Shown: one piece after another, positions 24,791-36,138 of the stretch | How positions within the stretch are numbered: the stretch's first letter is position 1 | How the letters are laid out: each line of letters begins with the position of its first letter | Source of the DNA: Felis catus | Taxonomy: Eukaryota | DNA: 64,000 nucleotides | NCBI RefSeq assembly: GCF_018350175.1 | Contig: NC_058368.1 | Coordinates: forward strand, 185,134,001 to 185,198,000 | Direction of reading: 5' to 3' | The notes under the pieces: generated by a model | Databases searched by the model: none | What the model saw: the letters and a program-made list of their open reading frames with translations, nothing else | What the model was told of the DNA's origin: nothing | Translations under genes and position numbers: made by a program

Positions 24791-27099
24791 TTGTCTGTTC
24801 TGTATCTAGTTTTTATTTTGTTTTTGGAACTGTCTTTTTTTGCCATGGCATGCAATTCTGAAAGTGTTCTTAATTATTTGGCCCTGATTTCCCTGACAAA
24901 AGCTTGGGCATATCATCCAAATAGGGATCGCACAATCGAAAGGCTGACATAGACATTTGGGGTGCTCTTTTTGCTGAATTTGTAGGCTCTGAGGACCATA
25001 TACATTATCTCTGCCTTTATACAGTGAGGGTTATCTGGGAGAGCAGCGATTAGGGAAAGAGTGAGAGACATGATAACACTGTTTGAATCCCTTCAACCTT
25101 CTGTGCCTGAGACCAGTCCATCCCTCTGTAACTTCCAGATTAAGCATAACAATATATTCCTGCTGTTGCATAAACCAGCTTCAGTTAGATTTCTGCTACT
25201 TGCAAACAAACAGTCATAATTGAGAATTCCTAACACGTATGTACTTTTATAGGACTTGAACAGTATTGTGAAGCTTGTCAGTGATAACTTCATCCCATGT
25301 AATGCTGACTATTTGGTGGTTACATGGCTGTTCCAGGTGATCAACCCAAGCTCCTCAACCTGGAGTCCCAGTGAAGGCAACTATTTGCCTGAGTGAAGAC
25401 TCAGGTATGTAAAATTCATGATGACTGGGTAGAGATGCCCACTCATCTTCCACAATTGGGAAGGGAAGTCTGGGGGGAAGAGATGCAAAGGACTTAAGAA
25501 TGATAAGCTCTTCTTAAGGTTGCATTTAATTTGATGTGCTGAAGCTTCTGTTCTTGGTGCTGAATATTCATGTTTTGTGAGGAATCCCAGAGGCTTCACA
25601 ACAGTGTCATTTTCTACAATTCTAGAGTGAAGAGAAATGTGCCTTTTGCTGATAATGTACCTGAAGGGTGATGAAGGTGAGCTGTGGAGTTGTTTTTAAC
25701 CATTTGCATTCTGACAAGTCATGTTATAAAAAGCTCACAATTCAGAAGATATTAACATTATGGGAGTTCTTGCTTAATTCCTGGTAAACTTGTTTTTAAA
25801 GGAGGATATGTGGAGGGCAAAAAGGCATAAGTAACCCATCTTTTAATAAACCCTGGTTAAACTCAGTGTGAGATGCATGCATTATTTCAAAGTAATTAAC
25901 TTCTTGACTCAGTTTAAATTGCCATAAATTACATCTGCACCAATGACTTAGCCACCCTCTCCCCCTAGTAGTGCAAAATGTCATGGGTTGATAACAGGGT
26001 TAGAAGTAAATTGAAGCCAAAATGAAATCTTAATTCATGCAGGTTGATAGGATTCCTTATCACTACTCCCTGTTCAAATGCAAAGACTTGCTATCTTTAT
26101 ACTTGCCAGCACTTTCCATCATGCTATAGGAAGATTTCTTAATAAATACTATTCTGAGGCATTTGCCTTTGGGGAAGCAGAGTAACAGGAAAAAGTGAAA
26201 TGTGGTTAGATTAGAAAAACAGAAACAGACTTCTTACATGAAGCAATTGGGAACAATTGGTGGTAGGTTAATTGAAAAAGTCATTTTGAGGGGGAATCAT
26301 AAAAAATAAAACATACACACTTAAGTGTTTTATTTTAATGTAAAAAATTTAAATATATATTCATTTGCCAACTTCATTAACATAATCTGAGGCCTTTCTT
26401 TGAGCAGATCTCCACCACTTGGAGTTCTGTATCTTTTTTCTTGACAAAACTGAATCCATGAGTCTATGTCTCTCATATCCTATTTCCAGGTTCCATTTCT
26501 TTAGAAAGAGTCAGATTTAAAAATATGTATGAGGCTGCGTATTTCCAGATTCCATCTAAATTTTTTGGATTCCCCCATTTTATTCACATAAATTTCCATA
26601 GCAATTTTTGATAGTGGTCCTATTTAGAACATCTTTTCACAACATTCACCTTGGTTTTCATAGTAAAACACCTTCCATTGTTTTTTGAACTCATATTTCA
26701 GTGGCTAACACAATAGTTCATTAAATATTTTAATTGCCTTGATAACTTCACCTGGTATAAACAAAGTAGGAATAAACACAATTGACTCTTCATAAAAGTA
26801 CAGCCTGACTAGCGGGCCCATAATTGGGTAGAAGGCTAGGAAGATGCCTGTAAGTTTGTCATGCTATGGATATTAATTTGGTGAGCTTATCAGAAGGAAT
26901 GGCACAGATCTGTTAATCTAATGAATAGTTTAAATGAAGGTTAATTAGGACTTGCTACAGCATAATGTTTTTAGAGAAGGAACTGGACTGAACCTTGTAC
27001 TCAACAGACATTTTTTTTTTCTTTTTCCATCACTGATCTTTGCCTCAATGAGCAAGGAGAAGAAACCCGCAAGAAACTCAGACATCATTAAAAGTAGAC

Positions 27100-27101
<2 letters not shown>

Positions 27102-27143
<42 letters not shown>
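27102..27143 (+). repeat. (TG)21 microsatellite
   Basis: Directly visible; followed by TTTTCAG. Confidence 0.98.
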
Positions 27144-27150
<7 letters not shown>

Positions 27151-27254
27151 AGTGAATAGGCCAATTAGAAGTGAACTCTGGTGTCCATTGTAGCCACCGG
27201 GAGTGGGATGGAGAGGTGATAGGTGCATGCCTGCTGTGTTTGAAACAAGTGCAG
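27151..27254 (+). other. Candidate 104-nt non-coding/cryptic exon
   Basis: Acceptor (TG)21TTTTCAG| and donor CAG|GTAAGA; stop codons in all three frames. Confidence 0.3.
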
Positions 27255-29613
27255 GTAAGACTATAACCAGACTGGGACTGCTGGGGTACACACTTGTTTA
27301 AATTCTGCTTTGAGACCTGACTCAATCCCAAAGACAATCTCCAGTGAACTTGTTATCTCACAAATGTCACTGCCTTATTCCCTGTGGCTTTACAGGGAGG
27401 AATGTCAAAGTGATAAACTGGAAAGTGCATGCTGCCCTTGCCCGGCTGCTGTAAACATGTATCCAGCCTTCTCTCTATCAAAATCCCATAGCACTTGTTT
27501 GCAATCAGGTTCCATCCCCATACCATAGCAAGGGAACCAGAACTATGACAGGATGGCAGTTATAAATGTTTGGTAGCTTGGGGTAGTCTATAGATCGTTG
27601 AACATAAATGCCATCTTTTTCCAACTAAACTGTGTTGCCATTACAATTTATAAGAACCAGTTTTTAATGCATTACTGATTAATGGAACAATACAATTATA
27701 CCTATTAATGAAAAATAATGCTTGGTGTGCTTGGGGCTACAGAATTATTGAATTTGTCATCTATTGAGTATCTACAGGCTATAAACTTATTGGAGCATAG
27801 AGTAGAAGGCAAGAGGAAAAGGAATTGTGTTCACATTTTGGTAGATGCTAAGCAAGATCTTGCTTCTACCTTGTGTGGGCAATCACTAGGGCTTATTGCA
27901 ATGGATGTTACAAGCCTCTGTAAACATTCACACCACAAATGGACATGCGGAAGCCTTTCCGTTTATCCTGCTTTCTGAATGTTCCCTTGATAGGAACATG
28001 ATTCATAGGTAATGAAATCTAAGCCATGTGGTTCTCAAGTGCTGTGGGACTGAGCTCCTCCCAATGGGAAAGGCTGATTCCAGATAAGCAGGCCTTGTTC
28101 TGATGTGTGATCAATGCTCAGAATTCTGTGCCTTCCTCCCACTCCCCAATCAGAAACAGGACAGGAGGAGTGAAGAAAGGGGGTCTGGACTCAAAAGAAT
28201 TGTTTGTAGAATTTGTGAAAGGCTTTTTACTTATGCTATTAACTTTGCATGTATAGTATTAGATGACATTATGGGGACAGAACTGTTTTCTATTAATATG
28301 AATAAGAAAATTAGGTATTTTTTTAAGCCTTTTTTCAAAGACTTCCTGACTCATTTCCCTCCTTGCTTTCTTTTGAGTTCTAGTTCTGACTCACCCATGA
28401 AGTTTCTTGTTAGGAAAAAAGTGAGAAAAGCTAGATTTGGTCCCATAGGTAGAAAACTATGATTAGAAACACTTATGTGTTTATGTTACTATATTTTACA
28501 TGTGGAATTACATGTCAGGTAATTATAGTGGTCATAATTATCTTTCTACTGCAGTTCCTTATAACATAGGTATTAAAAAATGCTAAAGTGTTCTTTTCTG
28601 ATATCTATGGACAATTGGATGGTGTCACAATTGTTTTTTAGTATCAGAATGTGGTTGTGGGCACTTGTATAAAACAAGACATATTCTTATTTAGGTAAAT
28701 GGAAATGTTACTTACTGTAGCCACTGAAAAGATTATTATAAATCTTCTCATGATGCATTCATTAAAAAATAAAAATTGTGTCCTAAATAATTGAAGATAT
28801 ATTAATGATTCATACATGTGGGATTACTTGAAAAGCTCAACTTGTCCTTTAAGACACCATCTCTGCTGATTGTCAGGTGCTGTCATTTCTTGTAAATATT
28901 TCCTGTGCTTTTCCAATGACATATACTTTGTGCAGATTTGTGTATTTATTAATGACTCATCAAGTAATATAAAAAAGGTGACAATATTGCATATTACATA
29001 ATGACATTTCTTCTTTCTAGAGCTAAGTATTTTATATTAGCAGTTAGCCATGGTGCAGGATAGATAGCTATATGATGGGTAAAGTTTAGATTCAATTAAT
29101 AAGACCTTTTAATATTTGGAAATTAAACAACTTAATTTTGTACTGCCAAAAAAAAGAAAAACTGGTCTGCTTTTAGGGTGACTCTGGGTCTGCTAATTAG
29201 GAAAGAGGCAGAAGCAATATAACACATCAGAAGCAGAAGAGTGACTGACTCCCAACAACTAGTGGAAATAAAGTAATTGTAGCTCAGCCGTAATTTTTGG
29301 ATCAAATGTGAAGAGTTTTTGGTTCTATATGTAAATATCAGATATTCTCAAATAGAGAAAAGATGTTTTTGTGTTTAGAGGTGCTATTCTTAAGCTATCA
29401 AATATTGAAAATATGCTGCAGTCTATGGAAAAATCAGCTTAAAGTTTAAGACTATGTAGTTTCTTTATTCTACTTTTTTGTTAGCACATCAGAATGAGAA
29501 ATGTAAGCCTCAATTGTTCTCAAGGGCTTAACGGGCAATCTTGTTCAACTTTTCCCCTATCATTGATTTATTCTGGACGTTGATCAAGTCTGACCCTGAT
29601 CCAAGAACTGATG

Positions 29614-30115
29614 TGTGGGAAACAGAACACCACAATGACCATAGCACATATTCATTCAGGCTCCAAGATCTCTGAGAAAACTCGAGATCGTAAGGTTAAA
29701 AATAACCTGAAAGGACCTGAGTGAATTGCCCTTGGGAAATGTCTGTTTTTTAGTACACAGATAGGGATGTTTTGCTTAAAGGAAGCCAGCTGTATATAGT
29801 ACAGTGCATTCACTCCCTTCTTTGTCTTTGCTTCTATTGTAAAAATTCTTATCAGAACATATATATCTGCAAGATTGCTCTCGTTCGCAAGATACGTACG
29901 GTAGCTGAATCAGATGTACATTGTTGACACGCTTTGCTAAGCTTCTGTTGTTAATCATTTCTGATCTGTTTTTCCTGAAAACGTGTATAAGAAGATGTAC
30001 AATAAACCTTGGTACCTCCAGCTGTTGGCTCGGGGTCCCCTGTGGCTCCCTATACTGTCATCTCTTTTTCTCAGTTCTTTCGCTGCCCCAGGTCCACGGC
30101 CCATTGAGGTCGACA
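29614..30115 (+). mobile_element. Solo LTR, class II (betaretrovirus/ERVK-like), relatively young
   Basis: TGTGGG...CGACA termini, perfect 6-bp TSD CTGATG at 29608-29613 and 30116-30121, TATAA at 29986, AATAAA at 30001, about 12 CpGs in 502 bp. Confidence 0.88.
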
Positions 30116-30477
30116 CTGATGCTTCAGCATTGCAGGGACTTTGGCCTGAAGTGGGGTAGCAGGCAAAGCTAATCACCGTTTGGATCTCATCCAGATATGA
30201 ACCATTTCAGTGTATTATCTGTTTCTATAGGCTTTTAAAATATCATTTCAATACCAAATTTGCCATGACCCAGGGACTCCTCAGTCAAATTCTACGAGAA
30301 AGTTGAAAGAAATATGTCATCATTGATTAAGTCAGCCCACAATTGATTGCCTCATCCTATGGCTAGGACCAAGTATTGTCAGAAGGATATGATACATTAT
30401 TGAGTTATGTTATTATCAGCCATATGGGTAACATGAAAAATACTAAGAGTAGTATACTCAAGTGGAAGAAAGCTTTT

Positions 30478-30695
30478 AAAATTTTTTTTCAACGTTTTTT
30501 ATTTATTTTTGGGACAGAGAGAGACAGAGCATGAACAGGGGAGGGGCCGAGAGAGAGAGAGACACAGAATCGGAAACAGGCTCCAGGCTCTGAGCCATCA
30601 GCCCAGAGCCCGACGCGGGGCTCGAACCCACGGACCGCGAGATCGTGATCTGGCTGAAGTCGGACACTTAACCGACTGCACCACCCAGGTGCCCC
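30478..30695 (-). mobile_element. CAN-SINE, young felid subfamily
   Basis: GAATCGGAAACAGGCTCCAGGCTCTGAGCCATCAGCCCAGAGCCCGACGCGGGGCTCG. Confidence 0.97.
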
Positions 30696-31199
30696 AAAAC
30701 TTTGCTCCTTTCTTCATTAATTGTTGGGAAACATTTGGAGGCAAGATAGTTTTGATTGACTACATATCTGAATATTGCTTTGGGGGGGTAGTTTCTTTCT
30801 GGCTAATTGAGTTAGAATACCTCTATAAAACTACATTCATTCAGAATGTGAGATCAGTTAAAATTCTCTAAGAGTGGCTATTGGTAGAAAATAGAAAAAT
30901 GACATATCTTTCCTTATTGCCAAATGAAAAGTGGATTTGTAGGATTTTTGAGGTCTGTTATGGGTACCATTCAATGATACCACAGGTATCAGCCCATATG
31001 TGCTGGTATCCACTTATACTGCCTTCCTTTCTGTTACTATGGAAAAACTGTTTTCCTACTTATGACCAACACTTCCCTGGTCCCTGTTTTGCTGTGCTTT
31101 TTAAAGAATTCTGGTAATTTCTCTTTTCCTCTATAATCAATTTTCCCCGCTCTGATTTTTCATCAGTATAATGACATAGAATATCATCCACTAAAAAAG

Positions 31200-32900
31200 A
31201 ATCTCTTGCATTTACTTCCCTCTCTAGCTCCCATCCCCTTCCTTAGCTTCTTCATAACAAAAATTCCAGAAAAACAATCAATTATCACCTGTGGCCAGTT
31301 TCTCTCCTCCCTTATTTCTTGGCAATTCTCTCCTCATGCCGTCAAAGTTTTCTTGTCAAAGTCATCAGTGACTTTCCTTTTGCTCATCAAATGACCAATC
31401 CCTGGTTCTTATCTTACTTAACTAAGTAACTCCCTTAACTTACTTATCTGACACAGGTGCTTATTCCCTAATTTTCAGTGTAGATTTGGGAACACCATTC
31501 TTCCTGGATTCTTCTTTTACCTCACTGGGTACTTTTTCTATCTTTAACAGTTTCTTCTCATCTCCCTAAATAGTTCTTCTCGGGGCGCCTGGGTGGCTCA
31601 GTCAGTTGAACGTCTGACTTTGGCTCAGGTCATGATCTCGCGGTTTGTGAGTTCGAGCCCCACGTCGGGCTCTGTGCTGACAGCTCGGAGCCCGGAGCCT
31701 GCTTCGGATTCTGTGTCTCCTCCTCTCTCTGCCCCTCCCCTGCTCATGCTCTGTCTCTCAATGATAAATAAACATTAAAAAAAAATTTTTTTAAATAAAT
31801 AGTTCTTCTCATCTTTGGGTGTCTTGGGGCTATATCCTTAGACAATGCCTTTTCTTTACCCAACAGTGCCTCACTTTGTGATTTCATCAGATCTCATGGC
31901 TCTAATACCTTCTAAATATTAAAAACTCCAAAATTTCTGTCTCCAAACTTGACCTTCTTCCCTGAACTCCAAACTTACAGATTCAAATGCCTACTTGTCA
32001 TTTGCATTTATTTCATTGTATTGCAAACCTCCTAAAGTTAATATTGTATGTCTCCAACTGTGCTCCAATTTCTGCCCTTTGCTCCCCAAAATTGCTGTTT
32101 TACTAAAGGGGAACTCCTTACTTCCAGTTCCTCAGGCAAAAGTTAAAAAAAAAAAGGAAAAAATAAGTAAAACTAAAGAACAAAATCAAAGATCATGGAG
32201 TTGTCCTTCACTCTATTTTTTCCCAAACCCCACTTCTAATTTTTCAGGAAATCCTGTTGGCTCTATAGTCAAAATACATACAGAATTGATCCATTTGTCA
32301 TGTCTTTCATTATGATCACCTCTGTTCAACCTGCCAAATATTTTGTCCACGTTACTACTTTGGTCATCTAGCTAGTCCCCCTGCTTCCACACTAGCTCCT
32401 CCTGTGGTCTACACGCAACACAATAAGAGTATCTTTTTACAGCTTGAGTTAGATCATGCTCTTCTCTTCACTATCACCAATTGGCATCCCATTTCAGTCA
32501 GAGTAAATACCATAGACTTTTCCATGGCCTAACAAGCTTTTAAGATCAGCCCCTCCACTACTTTTCTAACTTCATCTCCTCATTTTCTCTTCCTTTGGCT
32601 CAACTTCCCAGTCTAGTGTCCTTGCTGTTCCTTAAACATTCCATTTAAGCTTCTGCTCCAGAGCCTTCCCTGATCCCTCTTCTTGGGACAGTCTTTCCCC
32701 AAATATCCCATGAGTCACATGCTTCCTTTCTTCAGATCCTGCTCAAATTAGTGGGACTTTCCCGGTTACTGGATATAAAAATAACACTACCTGCCCTAAA
32801 TTTCTATCACCTGCCCTATTGCTATTTATTTGTTAATTTGTTTGTTGTCTACCTTCTCCCACATGGAAAATATATGTTCCCTGAGGGCAGCATTGCTGAA
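31200..32900 (+). mobile_element. L2 LINE fragments
   Basis: CTTGTCAAAGTCATCAGTGAC, AACTCCAAAATTTCTGTCTCCA and AATCCTGTTGGCTCTA are typical L2 3'-half motifs. Confidence 0.75.
31582..31795 (+). mobile_element. CAN-SINE
   Basis: GGGGCGCCTGGGTGGCTCAGTC head; perfect 15-bp TSD TAAATAGTTCTTCTC at 31567 and 31796. Confidence 0.97.
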
Positions 32901-32941
32901 CACATGACAAAATATACATGTAACACAGGACAGTGCTTCTT

Positions 32942-33166
32942 TTTTTTTTTTTAATTTTTTTTTCAACATTTATTTATTTTTGGGACAGAGAGAGACAGAG
33001 CATGAACGGGGGAGGGGCAGAGAGAGAGGGAGACACAGAATCGGAAACAGGCTCCAGGCTCCGAGCCATCAGCCCAGAGCCTGACGCGGGGCTCGAACTC
33101 ACGGACCACGAGATCGTGACCTGGCTGAAGTCGGACGCTTAACCGACTGCGCCACCCAGGCGCCCC
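32942..33166 (-). mobile_element. CAN-SINE, youngest-looking copy
   Basis: Most CpGs intact; perfect 15-bp TSD AGGACAGTGCTTCTT at 32927 and 33167. Confidence 0.98.
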
Positions 33167-34008
33167 AGGACAGTGCTTCTTAAACCTGAAGGATCATTAC
33201 AGTCATCTGAATAGCATGTTAAAAATGAAAAATTTCAGATTTTTTTGCATAGTCACTGCAACATTCAAATAGATGGTAGAGCAATGTTTACTGGATAACA
33301 AAAGGTCAGTAATTATTTGTAGAATGAATGAAGGACTGCATGTGTGTATAACCAGTGATTCACTCCCCACCCTTCATGGGAGTGAATTATTATTTCCCTT
33401 TTTACTAAGTGCATATCTTAACTGAGTGCAACACTTGTTGAAAGGCACCGAAACAAGTAGAAATATAGATTATCTCTCAATTTATTGTTTGTTTTTAGTT
33501 AATTAAAGGGATTACTGTCATGGTTAATAAAATTAAGCCTAATCACCATAATCTCACAGAACAATCTTTCCTCAATCTTGGAATGAGATTGTCAGGTGTT
33601 GAAAAGTCCATTTGAATAATATAGGTCAGGTTCAGGTAGACAAACATAGGTTGGAGTGGGGAAAAGCAAATTTTTGAAGAGTATAATTAGATGTATAATA
33701 GTTATAGAGCTCTACCCTCTAAGTAACAATACACAACTAAAATCATCTGAAACTATGAGGATTTTTAACAAGAATTCTGGATGTGTGGTAGATTTTAGGA
33801 TTAGCTAATTTAGTACCTCAATGATGACACTTGTCTAGCTATTGATGAACCACCATTTTTGGTGGTTTGACTTTTCATGGTTATGATTACTGCATCATGG
33901 TGGCTATATGGTTACTGTAGCTCTAGACTTTATGTCCTCCTACAATTACATCCATGAAATATATGTATGTATAAGAGGAAATGTGGGGGAATTTCTCCTT
34001 ACATATCT

Positions 34009-34224
34009 ATCTTTAAAATTTTTTTAACGTTTATTTATTTTTGAGAAAGAGAGACAGAGCATGTGTAGGGGAGGGGCAGAGAGAGAGGGAGACACAGAAT
34101 CCGAAGCAGGCTCCAGGCTCTGAGCTGTCAGCACAGCCCGACATGGAGCTTAAACTCACGAACCATGAGATCATGACCTGAGCGGAAGTCAGACGCTTAA
34201 CTAACTGAACAACCCAGGTGTCCC
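34009..34224 (-). mobile_element. CAN-SINE
   Basis: 15-bp TSD TCTCCTTACATATCT at 33994 and 34225. Confidence 0.96.
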
Positions 34225-34574
34225 TCTCCTTACATATCTTTTGACTAGGAAGGAAAACTATTCCCAAAGTCTCTTAGCAGAAGCTCCCAGTTGTGCCCCA
34301 TGTCCAAGTCTGAAATTCAAAGTGTCTGATAAGCTGAGTGTTGGATGTTTTGGGTTTTTATAATGCAAGGCAGACTGTGCCAGGAAATAGGCACTTCTGG
34401 AAACAGGAGTGCCAGAACAAAAATGGTGAATACCTAGTATAAAAGTAGAGGAATGCACATTTTTAATTTAAATTTGTGAACAATTTTCTCCCTTTCAATC
34501 TTCTTTCCAAGACAAAGGCTTTCTCTGGATCTCAGGAGGATGGTGGAACATTTTTGTGAGTAAAAGAATGAAGA

Positions 34575-34784
34575 AGGGCACCTGGGTGTCTCAGTCAGTT
34601 AAGCATCCAACTTCAGCTCAGGTCATGATCTGACTCACTTTCCTGAGTTTGAGCCTTGTGTCAGTCTCTGTGCTGATAGTTCAGAGCCTGGAGCCTGTGT
34701 CTCCCCCTCTCTCTCTGCCCCTCCCCTGCTTGTGCTCTGTCTCTGTCTCTGTCTCTCTCTCAAAAATAAATAAACATTAAAAAC
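34575..34784 (+). mobile_element. CAN-SINE
   Basis: 12-bp TSD AAAGAATGAAGA at 34563 and 34785. Confidence 0.95.
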
Positions 34785-35607
34785 AAAGAATGAAGATAAG
34801 AATGTGTTTTAAGGAGTAATTGCTTTGGTATCCCTAAACCTAAATGGGTTTTACTAATCTTTTTGTTTCATACCTATTTGTAATCGTTGTAGAATTAGGG
34901 TTTTTGATGATATATGAGCATCTTGTTCATGAGTGGTTACTGAAAATAGTTAATTATTTTTTGAAATAAGCTTTTAACCTTAGAGTAGTTTCTGGTTTAC
35001 AGAAAATTTGTAAAAACAATATAGAGTTCTGTGATACCCTATACTCAATTTCCTGTTTTTCATATTTAAATATCATACATTTGTCACAATTCTTGGATCA
35101 ATATTGATTCATTAGTATTAACTAAAGTCCATACTTTATTCAGATTTTCTTTGTTTTAACCTAATGTCTTTTTGTTGTCGTTCTTCCAGAATGCCATCCA
35201 GCACACCACATTAATAGTTATGTCTCCTCAGCTACTTTTGGCCATTAAAGTTTCTCAGACCTTCCTTGTTTGTAGTGTTTTTGACAGTTTTAAGGAGTAC
35301 TGGTCAGGTACTTTGTAGAAATCCCTCCATTAGGATTTGTCTGATGTTTTGCTCATGATTGGCCTTGAGGAATGTGCTCTTGGGAGAAAGAACACAGAGG
35401 TAAAGTTTGATTCTCATCACATCATATCAAGGGAACACACTATCAACATGAGTTATCACTGTTGATATTTACCTTGATCACCTGGCAGAGGCAGTGTTTG
35501 TCAGGTTTCTCTACTGGAAAGTTATCCTTTTTCCCTCTTGTTATACTCTGCTGTTTGGGAAACAGCTGCTATGAATCGCTTAAAGACAGGGCAGTTATCA
35601 TTTATCT

Positions 35608-35843
35608 TATTCTTTTTTTAAAAATATAATTTATTGTCAAATTGGCTTCCATACAACACCCAGTGCTCATCACACAACAAGTGCCCTCCTCAATGCCCAT
35701 CACCCACTTTCCCCTCTCCCCCACCCCCCATCAACCCTCATTTTGTTCTCTGTATTTAAGAGTCTCTTATGGTTTGCCTTTCTCCCTTTCTGTTTGTAAC
35801 TTTTTCTCCCCATCCCTTCCCCCATGGTCTACTGTTAAGTTTC
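35608..35843 (-). mobile_element. Short felid L1 3' end nested in L1M
   Basis: AATTTATTGTCAAATTGGCTTCCATACAACACCCAGTGCTCATC; 12-bp TSD TATCATTTATCT at 35596 and 35844. Confidence 0.92.
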
Positions 35844-36096
35844 TATCATTTATCTCCTTGAGGGAGGAATATCCATATAAACTGTGTGGAATTCTAAACA
35901 GATTTCTCTCTTCTTTCCCATTTCTTTATTTAATTGCTTATTAATATCAGTATGAACTGGTGAATATGTATTTTATTCTTTGGGTTATAATCCAATATTA
36001 CTTTAGTTTGCTCAAATTGTTCCAGCTTTGGCCACTGGGAGATCTTTTAATTAGTCCTGTTCCCTTTGACATACTTCCATTATTGCATGTGTGTAT

Positions 36097-36098
<2 letters not shown>

Positions 36099-36136
<38 letters not shown>
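36099..36136 (+). repeat. (GT)n microsatellite
   Basis: Directly visible. Confidence 0.97.

Positions 36137-36138
<2 letters not shown>

Noticed and set aside
26945..27337. 130-aa ORF with an HTHT run (also 35960-36400 and 24613-24952)
   Set aside because: Open only because microsatellites lack stop codons; no protein-like content.
28103..28462. 119-aa ORF with CxxC-like pairs
   Set aside because: No recognisable zinc-finger spacing, Kozak context or splice context; length is compatible with chance.
29502..30165. Wider boundaries for the solo LTR (TGTAAG...AGGCA)
   Set aside because: No TSD at these ends; 29614-30115 gives an exact 6-bp TSD.
30509..30871. 120-aa ORF and similar SINE-overlapping ORFs (13521, 18545, 31593, 32933, 62066)
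   Set aside because: Translations of CAN-SINE sequence, not genes.
31582..31660. tRNA-like A/B boxes
   Set aside because: This is the tRNA-derived head of a CAN-SINE, not a tRNA gene.
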